Shown here: positions 18,833 through 26,352 of the stretch, one piece after another
Position numbering within the stretch: position 1 is the first letter of the stretch
Layout of the letters: each line of letters starts with the position of its first letter
NCBI GenBank assembly: GCA_044356455.1
Contig: JBIKWF010000042.1
Coordinates: 1 to 32,934 of the forward strand
Source of the DNA: Bdellovibrionota bacterium
GTDB lineage: Bacteria > Bdellovibrionota_C > UBA2361 > JBGSMV01
Length of the DNA: 32,934 bases
Direction of reading: 5' to 3'
Notes under the pieces: generated by a model
What the model was told of the DNA's origin: nothing
The model's input: the letters and a program-made list of their open reading frames with translations, nothing else
Databases searched by the model: none
Translations under genes and position numbers: made by a program

Positions 18833-20494
18833 TCACTTATTCTTCGGTGCTCCCGCAGCTCTTGGTGCTCCCCCACTACCCGCGGGCACCCCGCGGTTAG
18901 CCTGCCCTGGCGCTTCCATAGGAATCGGAGCTGGTATGTCAGCTGACTCTACTACCGTACGCACTTCAGGAGCCCCACGACTGAGGAGCTGAGGCGCAAA
19001 AATCTTAAGCAGAGCAAATCCGACGCCAATTCCAATTACAATAGCTACCAGCAGCGTGACGACATCAACCCACAAAGAGCGCGATCCCTGGTCAAGCTCT
19101 TGAGACAGCTTACGCATGCGGTCAGAGGTAATCCCCCCGGAGGGAATCTTCACCACCGGAGATACTCGAACCTCACGATCCCAAGTATCCGTTATTACAT
19201 TAGGAGACGAAAGCATGGGCTCCATACGTATGGGCTCATGAATCGTCTCGCCGTGATCATGATCGCTATAATGTTGAGCAATATTATTAATCTCAGTGTC
19301 GGAGGAAATGCGCGGCTCAAGGGCGGACTGACGCGGCGGCGGATTCCCTTGCCCTTGCTGCCTGCGCGCTTCACGTTCCCACGAATACCGGCCCGGACGC
19401 TCCGAACCATTACGGTCAATCGATGTTTGAACCTGCCCATCATCAAAAGGGGTGGCCACAATGCTACTCGGCTCAGCGCCAAGTCCCGGAGCAATAAAGG
19501 CACCCGGCCCTGCCCCCAACGCGATTGGGCCCGGCGCAACGGGGCCGCGGGCAGGCGCCGCATTCACTGAAGAAGACGCTTTCGTGCCAGGAGAGACTAC
19601 GGGCCCGCTTTGTGCAGGATGATCGGCCCCCGCAGTCGCCACCACTTCCGGCATAAATCGCGCGAGGTCGTCGTACATCTCCATCGCTGATTGATAGCGC
19701 AGCTCAACCTCGCGGTGCATAGCCCGAAGTATAATTTTATCGAGCTCCGGAGGGCATTCCGGCCGTAGCGCACTCGGCAACACCGGATCTGCCTTCAGAC
19801 GCTTGGTCATGGTTGCGTATACGCTGTCGCCGCGGAACGGCGATTCGCCGGTCACCATTTCATAGGCAAGAATCCCAAGTGCGTAGATATCTGAACGCCA
19901 GTCGACCTGCGCATTCAGCATATATTCGGGGCTCACGTAATCTATGGTGCCCACTACTCCGCCGTGCTCGGTCAGTTTGGGACCGTGCCCCATGCGAGCA
20001 ATACCAAAGTCAGCTATTTTGATTTGGCCTTCTTTTGAGATCAAAATATTCTCGGGCTTCATGTCGCGGTGCACGATGCCAGCCCGGTGAATCGCTTGTA
20101 CTCCCAAGCACATCTGGCTGAGCAGCCTCACGGTCTCTTGAATCGGAGGAAGCTGGTCTCGGTTTCCAAGGCGATCCGCCAAGTCCCCACCGCCGACATA
20201 CTCCATGGCATACGCGACGAGATCCCCGTCACGAATATACTCATAGGCACGCACCACGTTAGGATGCGAGACACTGTAAGAAGCCACTACTTCATTCATG
20301 AAACGCTGAGAGGCAACTTTGTCCTGGGCAACTTCGGGGAAAAGCACCTTGAGCGCAAAGAGATGCCCCTGCAGCTCGCGATGCCGGCATGCGTACACGA
20401 GTCCCATACTGCCCTGACCAAGGCACTTCACAACCTCATAGCGGCCGGCAATCACCGTCCCAGGTTGTAAACTTATGAGATGTTCGTCAGCCAT
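18833..20494 (-). CDS. membrane-anchored Hanks-type Ser/Thr protein kinase
   Basis: GQGSMG, ALKVL, HRDMKPEN, DFG, GTIDYVSPE, SDIYALG all intact; long disordered linker; TM near the C-terminus. Confidence 0.95.
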   Translation of the reverse strand: MADEHLISLQPGTVIAGRYEVVKCLGQGSMGLVYACRHRELQGHLFALKVLFPEVAQDKVASQRFMNEVVASYSVSHPNVVRAYEYIRDGDLVAYAMEYVGGGDLADRLGNRDQLPPIQETVRLLSQMCLGVQAIHRAGIVHRDMKPENILISKEGQIKIADFGIARMGHGPKLTEHGGVVGTIDYVSPEYMLNAQVDWRSDIYALGILAYEMVTGESPFRGDSVYATMTKRLKADPVLPSALRPECPPELDKIILRAMHREVELRYQSAMEMYDDLARFMPEVVATAGADHPAQSGPVVSPGTKASSSVNAAPARGPVAPGPIALGAGPGAFIAPGLGAEPSSIVATPFDDGQVQTSIDRNGSERPGRYSWEREARRQQGQGNPPPRQSALEPRISSDTEINNIAQHYSDHDHGETIHEPIRMEPMLSSPNVITDTWDREVRVSPVVKIPSGGITSDRMRKLSQELDQGSRSLWVDVVTLLVAIVIGIGVGFALLKIFAPQLLSRGAPEVRTVVESADIPAPIPMEAPGQANRGVPAGSGGAPRAAGAPKNK

Positions 20495-20547
20495 TACGCA
20501 CTCGTCTCTGAAATCGCCCTACTGCCTTACCTGAGGACTTCTTGCGT

Positions 20548-21327
20548 CTACGCCTTACGAGGAAGCAGGCAGACCGTAAATTTTCGCTCCCCGAACGCAA
20601 CTTCATCACCGTGCTCAACATTGGACTTGTCACCGGAGAGGTTCACTATGTCTCCCCCGTTAATTCTGGTGATAGTAGTTCCGTGTTCTGACAACTGGTC
20701 GAGAATCTGTATCGCCCCGTCCTCGCCAATACGCACGATGGCGTGCATCGAGGAAACAGTGCCGTCCTCAAGGAAGAGAAAATTACCGCCCGAAGGCATT
20801 TCAGAGGTAACAATCAATCGACCACTTCGAAGAGGGAAGATTTCACCATTTGGATCGCGATCATACGTTACAAGAATCCCCACCAAGGCCGAAGACTTCT
20901 TCCACTCAATGACGTCCCCCTCGGGCGCAGGCTGCGCGGCCACCGGCGCGCGCGGAGCGGGGCCTGCGGATCGACCTACCGGAGGAGGAGCTTCAACTGG
21001 CCTGCGCGCCTCTTGATACGAACCGCCCTGTGAAGCGGGGTGGGACGCTGGCGCAATTGGCGAAGAACGCGGTCTATCCGGCGGCGCTTCAACGGCAGGC
21101 CTGCGCGGCGATGCCGAGACGAAGCCACCACTTGAGCGCCCTGCATCAGGCATTCCTGAAAGCGCGGGAGAAGGGTCGAGCTCTTTAGCCAGACGCGCCC
21201 GCACTTGACCTGTTATCTCTGGGGTCAGCATCACGGTGCGGTTACGAGCCCTAGGAGCATGTTCGACTTCTGCTTCCGCCTCATCACCGCCTTCGTCCCC
21301 GAATTCGAGGTTCTTATCATTGTCCAT
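20548..21327 (-). CDS. FHA domain protein with disordered N-terminal region
   Basis: C-terminal FHA-like LEDGTVSSMHA..ILDQLSEHGT..HGDEVAFG; ATG at 21327 chosen for its GAGGAG RBS. Confidence 0.8.
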   Translation of the reverse strand: MDNDKNLEFGDEGGDEAEAEVEHAPRARNRTVMLTPEITGQVRARLAKELDPSPALSGMPDAGRSSGGFVSASPRRPAVEAPPDRPRSSPIAPASHPASQGGSYQEARRPVEAPPPVGRSAGPAPRAPVAAQPAPEGDVIEWKKSSALVGILVTYDRDPNGEIFPLRSGRLIVTSEMPSGGNFLFLEDGTVSSMHAIVRIGEDGAIQILDQLSEHGTTITRINGGDIVNLSGDKSNVEHGDEVAFGERKFTVCLLPRKA

Positions 21328-21357
21328 GGATTCGCTCCTCAAAACCTATCAACGTAC

Positions 21358-22326
21358 CTACTGACCAACCCCAAACGTCATGACCCCTACTACGGTAAGC
21401 AGGGCCGCCAATACGGACAGCACCGCCACAATCGCAAGAGTACGCCACAAACTTCTTCCTGAATTCGCTTGATTCGCGCGAGGCCGCTTGCGCTCGAGCG
21501 CTTTGCGCGGATCGTACCCCGCAGGCGGCTCTTGTTTCAGTTGTCCGCCAAGGGGAATAATCGCTACTGAGATATTATCGTAACCCCCACGCGCCTTCGC
21601 GAGTTCAACGAGTTTTACGCATGCGCCTTGCGGAGTGTCATCGGTCACAATAGTCGCAACTTCGGTCTCGCTTACTTGACTATAGAGGCCATCAGTACAA
21701 AGCACTAAGAGATCCGGCGTTTCACCAGCCGTCGTTTCGCAGACCCAGTACTGCTGCAAGGAAACTTCAAGCGCTGGTTCGGATCCGATAGCCCGGGTGA
21801 GAATGTGCGCTTGAGGATGCGCAAGCGCCTCCTCAGGCTTGATGTGCCCTTTCTCGACCAGTTCTTGCACATACGTATGATCGGTAGTGAGCTGCTGAAT
21901 CGCTCCATCGCGAATAAGATACGCGCGAGAATCGCCGACATGCGCGATGACCACCTCGGGGCCATCAAACATAGCCCCCACAATGGTGGTGCCCATTTGA
22001 GCAAACGCTTGATTTTGGCGGCGAAGTACAATGACTCGGTTCGCTTCAAGGACCGCGTTCCTTAAGGCCTCTTCCGCCGGACGCGGGGGTAAATTCTCAA
22101 GATCGCGGCGAATGGCATCAATCGCAAGTTGCGCAGCGAGTTCTCCCCCAGTGGCGCCGCCCATGCCGTCGCAGACAAGCCACGCGAGCCCAGAGGGGGA
22201 CTCAACCACGGCGTAGCGGTCTTCATTGAGGTCGCGCTCACATCCCGTATCGGTGATGGCCGCGGGGATGCTGCGGTCGCCCGCCTCCCCATCCGTCCCC
22301 CGTTTCTCCGTCTGCCCGAGCAACAT
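21358..22326 (-). CDS. PP2C/PPM-family Ser/Thr phosphatase (Stp1/PrpC-like) with C-terminal TM
   Basis: TDTG..R..NED, VCDGMGG, MGTT, HVGDSRAY, DHT, ILTRAIG, LCTDGL, GGYDNISV; C-terminal hydrophobic helix. Confidence 0.95.
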   Translation of the reverse strand: MLLGQTEKRGTDGEAGDRSIPAAITDTGCERDLNEDRYAVVESPSGLAWLVCDGMGGATGGELAAQLAIDAIRRDLENLPPRPAEEALRNAVLEANRVIVLRRQNQAFAQMGTTIVGAMFDGPEVVIAHVGDSRAYLIRDGAIQQLTTDHTYVQELVEKGHIKPEEALAHPQAHILTRAIGSEPALEVSLQQYWVCETTAGETPDLLVLCTDGLYSQVSETEVATIVTDDTPQGACVKLVELAKARGGYDNISVAIIPLGGQLKQEPPAGYDPRKALERKRPRANQANSGRSLWRTLAIVAVLSVLAALLTVVGVMTFGVGQ

Positions 22327-22490
22327 GCCTCGCCCCTTTAAGAAATGTTCCTAGAAAAGCGCTCTCCACTCCTTGAAGCTACGTTCCTAGTCCCCCTCGC
22401 AATTCAGTTCTCAACGCCCTAGATGAAAAGCTCTAAGATCCCGGCAAAGAGCCCTTAGGAACTCCCACTTCAAAGCGTTTCAAGAGGTTA

Positions 22491-22522
22491 TGCGAAATTT
22501 CGCACCTCTCCCCAAAAGAGGT
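22491..22522. promoter_or_regulatory. palindrome and overlapping hairpin upstream of the phosphatase gene
   Basis: Perfect 14-bp palindrome TGCGAAATTTCGCA (22491-22504) overlapping CACCTCT-N6-AGAGGTG (22503-22522). Confidence 0.35.
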
Positions 22523-22613
22523 GTCGGCACACTACGAGAAATTCTTCACCCCTCAATCCCACAAATACCTAAAGAAAATGATGTTTTGGCGATGCGGCGC
22601 CTTAAAATCTCCC

Positions 22614-23069
22614 CTATTCCGTCTTCCCCACGGGACGCAGCTCAAAAAGAAACTCCCTGCTCTCAGGGGTAAGGCGAGATTCAAAGCCCTGCTTCGCAAT
22701 CCAGCTGGCAAGTTCGACCCAGCCTTCTTTGTGTAAGGTATATTCTTGCCACTTATCTCCACGGTGCTCGCGCAAGGGAAACCCCGCATCCGTCCATTTC
22801 TTCTTAATATTTTGAAATCGCCCACCGACCACACTTCGCAGCCGTGACAGGGACTCAACCCCAGTCCACTCCCCGCGGCTCACCGCAGCGGGCGCCTCCG
22901 CGGCCACCCCCACGGAGCATCTAAGAGCCTCGACGAACTCCGCAACCAGTGCAGGCTCACGCTCGCGCAGGGCGTGCTGCACGGAGCGCACCATTACTTC
23001 CTCAAGCTGCTCATCGATGAGACGCGCGACTTCTGCATCAAGCGCGCCTTCAGTCATTGTTTTTTTCAT
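22614..23069 (-). CDS. hypothetical protein
   Basis: 151-aa ORF with AGGGGA RBS, 42 nt downstream of the hybrid kinase and co-oriented; no recognised motif. Confidence 0.65.
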   Translation of the reverse strand: MKKTMTEGALDAEVARLIDEQLEEVMVRSVQHALREREPALVAEFVEALRCSVGVAAEAPAAVSRGEWTGVESLSRLRSVVGGRFQNIKKKWTDAGFPLREHRGDKWQEYTLHKEGWVELASWIAKQGFESRLTPESREFLFELRPVGKTE

Positions 23070-23111
23070 AAGTCCCCTACACTCACGGTCGCAAAACTCC
23101 CTTGAAAGAAC

Positions 23112-25388
23112 TCACCCAGCCGTTGCTCCCGACAAGGCCTGCATCTCTGCCACAAGACGCGCGCGTCCTACAGGCTTCGCTAAGAAATTGCTGGCACCTG
23201 CCTGCTGCACCTGCACGCGCACATCCTCAGCAACATTCCCGCTCACTACAATAATCGGCAAATCCTTACCGAAGCGCTCGCGCAGCGTGCGCACCACATC
23301 AAGTCCGGTCTCTTCACCAAGCTGCAAGTCACTGATTACAAAACGCGGCTGCCCCTCGCGCTCTACGATACTTAAGGCTTCTGTCACGGAGGCTGCGGTA
23401 AAGAACGGAATGGTGAGGGCTTCTGCGATGCGCCCGTAAAAAGTGGTAACCTGGGGATTATCATCTACGAATAAGGCCCATTTTCCCCGTGCGGCGCGTT
23501 TTGGCGCTGCGAGGATACCTCGCGGCAGCGACATCACCAGGCGCGATCGGTAGGGCGCATCTGCCGGCCTAACTTCAAAGGCCCCGGCACAGAGTTCTGC
23601 GAAACGGCGCACCGCACTGAGCGCCGAAGATTCATGCTCTCGCTCTCCCTGCCCATCTCGAAAGCGTTCCCTCTCTTCCTTAAACTGAAGCGCCCCTTCA
23701 CCAAACCCGAGAAACTCGAAGACGACAACATCGTCATTCGCTCGGCAGAACACCTTGACTTCTGCCGGAGTAAGGACTTCTCCCAAGCTCTCCTTAAAGA
23801 GAGCGCGCAAACATGTTTCGAGAAACTCTCTACTCGTAACCTTCACCGCCACCGCTTGGCCTACCTCGGCCTCGATCGCGCACCGCATACCCCGACGCTT
23901 CGAGCGGTAATCCGCAAAGGCGCGCAGGTCTTCAACGATGGGAAGAATCGAAACGATGTCGGTCCTTGAGAAACTTCCAATGCGGAGGAGCTCATTGAGC
24001 AATTTCGTATCAGATACCCCCGCAGACAAATTTCGCGACGCGACCTCAAGCTCCTTCACCTCCTTTACTACGAGGGGAAGTTTTTCAGCCACCACCTGAG
24101 GAGACTTACATTCGGCGAGGAGCTGGTGAATATTCTCACACTGCATCGCAATGTCTTGAGCGACGTTGTTCACCATATGAACAAGTTCATTTACTTCGCC
24201 TTCCCGCTCGAGCGCGGACTTTTGGCTAATAAGGAGGGAGTCTGAGGCAAGAAAGCGGCCCCGTGCAGCGGAAAGTGACACATGCGCCAGGGCCTGCAGC
24301 CCCATGATGACCTTAAGAATCCGGCGCACCCCCACAATCCTCGTAACGAGATTAACAGGCACTAAAACCGCAACACCTTGTTCTCGCTCGTCAAGCACGA
24401 GCAGAAACTTTGCGTAGAGACAGGCACGCGGAACCTTTCGAAACCAATCATGGAAAGGCGCAAGAAACTGGTCACTTAACTCGCGAGGGATGAATACGCC
24501 TGCATCTTTCCCCAAATCGCTCACACGCTGCACCACGCCGCGTGAGAATACCGCGTCAACAGTCGACGGACTAACCTTAACGTGGTCAATCAACTCGCTA
24601 CTCCCTGCGCCTGTAACCAAAAGAGCCAACCTACCCCCCACCAGCGCTTTGGTCAGCGCCGCGTAGAGCCTCACCGTCGCGAGAGCACTCGCGCTGACCG
24701 AGGCGCAATATTCACTGAGGAGCTGCTGGCATATGCGCGTGACGAGCTGCAGCCGAATCTCAAGCGCAAAGCGCAAACCACCAAAGGCGAGCACCGAAAC
24801 AACACCGAGCCACAAAAACACCGCAAGGGACGCTCCCTGACCAAGATAACCAAGATTGAAGGTTCCCCACGCGACCACAAGCAACGCAGTGGCGAGAATA
24901 CTTGCAGTAGGAAGCGTCCATGGAAGTCCAAACACCCCTACTCCCCACACGAGTAGGCCTAGCACCACTTGCAAGGGAGTGACTCGCACAAAGGCCACAA
25001 GTGGCATCCAGCCAAGCCCCCAGAGCGCTGCGCCACAGGCCATGGAATTAACCGCCACGCGGCTCGTGGATCGCGCAATCATCCAGAGTGTCATCGCGGA
25101 CACGGCAGTAAGCGAAAGCCATGCAATTCCTGCGGATCGAGCGACCTCTGGTGCGCTCACAAACTGGGCAAAGGAAACGGTGGAAAGAAGAAGGTGAAGA
25201 ATCAGAAGGCGAGAGAGAAAGGTTGTACGAACCTCTCGCACCAAGCTTGAGTTAAACTTTTTTAGAAGATACTGCGCCTCTGCAAGCTGCGCATCTTTGG
25301 GTGAGAGCGGAACCGGACGCAAAGGAGATCTTCCCGCACCAAAAAAGCGCGTTCCACCTCCCGTCCCTGATTCATTGGTTCCCGCCAT
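23112..25388 (-). CDS. multi-TM hybrid histidine-kinase-like protein with degenerate ATPase domain and C-terminal receiver
   Basis: About 6 N-terminal TMs; H-box-like ELVHMVNN; eroded N/G1/G2 boxes; intact REC (FVDDN, ISDLQL, VVSG, LAKP). Confidence 0.75.
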   Translation of the reverse strand: MAGTNESGTGGGTRFFGAGRSPLRPVPLSPKDAQLAEAQYLLKKFNSSLVREVRTTFLSRLLILHLLLSTVSFAQFVSAPEVARSAGIAWLSLTAVSAMTLWMIARSTSRVAVNSMACGAALWGLGWMPLVAFVRVTPLQVVLGLLVWGVGVFGLPWTLPTASILATALLVVAWGTFNLGYLGQGASLAVFLWLGVVSVLAFGGLRFALEIRLQLVTRICQQLLSEYCASVSASALATVRLYAALTKALVGGRLALLVTGAGSSELIDHVKVSPSTVDAVFSRGVVQRVSDLGKDAGVFIPRELSDQFLAPFHDWFRKVPRACLYAKFLLVLDEREQGVAVLVPVNLVTRIVGVRRILKVIMGLQALAHVSLSAARGRFLASDSLLISQKSALEREGEVNELVHMVNNVAQDIAMQCENIHQLLAECKSPQVVAEKLPLVVKEVKELEVASRNLSAGVSDTKLLNELLRIGSFSRTDIVSILPIVEDLRAFADYRSKRRGMRCAIEAEVGQAVAVKVTSREFLETCLRALFKESLGEVLTPAEVKVFCRANDDVVVFEFLGFGEGALQFKEERERFRDGQGEREHESSALSAVRRFAELCAGAFEVRPADAPYRSRLVMSLPRGILAAPKRAARGKWALFVDDNPQVTTFYGRIAEALTIPFFTAASVTEALSIVEREGQPRFVISDLQLGEETGLDVVRTLRERFGKDLPIIVVSGNVAEDVRVQVQQAGASNFLAKPVGRARLVAEMQALSGATAG

Positions 25389-25442
25389 TAGTTTAGACCT
25401 TGATATCGAATGCCTCCCTAGCTTCAGGGTCCCCTAAGAAAC

Positions 25443-25579
25443 CTAGGGAACCTCTGAAAGACCCCGATATTTAATTTTTTCTCTCTGTGAACTCTGTGTC
25501 CTCTGTGGTTTTTCAACAATTTAAATCAACCACAGAGGGCACAGAGTTCACCGAGCAGACTTTTTCAGAGCTTCCCTAG
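25443..25579. mobile_element. MITE/REP-like palindromic element
   Basis: CTAG at both ends; terminal inverted repeats GGAACCTCTGAAA / TTTCAGAGCTTCC (12/13); internal 24-bp inverted repeat 25487-25510 / 25528-25551 (23/24) built from CTCTGTG units; no ORF. Confidence 0.75.
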
Positions 25580-25626
25580 TTACCTTCTCCCCTCTGCCCC
25601 ACTAAGAGGGAGTTCTCAGGGATTCA

Positions 25627-26229
25627 CTAACCCACTTCTGGATCCATCGCCTTCCCACACGCGGAGCAGGCCACTCGTCCCTGAACCTCAGGAGGCACCT
25701 GCGCCTGATGACTGAAAACAACGACATAGTCACGTCCTCCGCACCCCTTACACTGGGGATACGTGTTATCCAGATCGAGGAACAACTTGCGCGACGCTTC
25801 CCCCACGTAGCGCGACAAAAATTCATCGAGCGCAATTCCAGTCGCGCCACGTTTTTCTGGAGAACCGATGAGTTCCTTTACCCGCGAGAGAAATTGCTCG
25901 TTTTGTGCCTGCGGTGATCCTTTCACCACATAATCGACGGCGCCCTCATCCAAGAAGCGTTGCTTGAGATGAACGGACGGGTTGCCCGTAAAAATAAGAA
26001 CGTACGAGACTTTGCCGCCGCGCTTCACGAGATTGAACAGGTACGACCCTGATTTATCGCTCAGTCCGATATCAAGAATCGCCGCCTTATAGCTGTCCAC
26101 TTGCACGCAGCGCTCTGCTTCTCCAACCGTTGAGCATGACTGAACCGAATAACCTGCCTCGCTAAAGAGACGACTTAGCCGCTCGCGTTCCTGGAGACCG
26201 TCTTCAACTATTAAAATGTCTTTCATCAC
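25627..26229 (-). CDS. response regulator: receiver domain plus C-terminal zinc-ribbon-like domain
   Basis: ILIVED, AAILDIGL, IFTG, VVKG; C-terminal CKGC...CSAC. Confidence 0.85.
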   Translation of the reverse strand: MMKDILIVEDGLQERERLSRLFSEAGYSVQSCSTVGEAERCVQVDSYKAAILDIGLSDKSGSYLFNLVKRGGKVSYVLIFTGNPSVHLKQRFLDEGAVDYVVKGSPQAQNEQFLSRVKELIGSPEKRGATGIALDEFLSRYVGEASRKLFLDLDNTYPQCKGCGGRDYVVVFSHQAQVPPEVQGRVACSACGKAMDPEVG

Positions 26230-26352
26230 TCAGAACCTCCTGGGCCTCGGAAATTAAAACAGCAGTTGGCAACGGAGCTGAATCAGTAACCGTTACCGAT
26301 CATCTCATTAGTCAGATGTTGCAGAGCAGAAACTGTTTCCTAAACAAGTACT

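Noticed and set aside
234..25250. Numerous short plus-strand and off-frame ORFs (e.g. 20480-21016, 12866-13333, 16450-16701)
   Set aside because: They lie antisense to or inside well-supported genes, or lack an RBS and any motif.
25481..25551. CTCTGTG repeats as a CRISPR array
   Set aside because: They form one inverted hairpin with no repeat-spacer periodicity and no cas genes.
26286..26296. GTAAC-C-GTTAC palindrome in the divergent promoter
   Set aside because: Only 5-bp arms and a single copy; could be chance.
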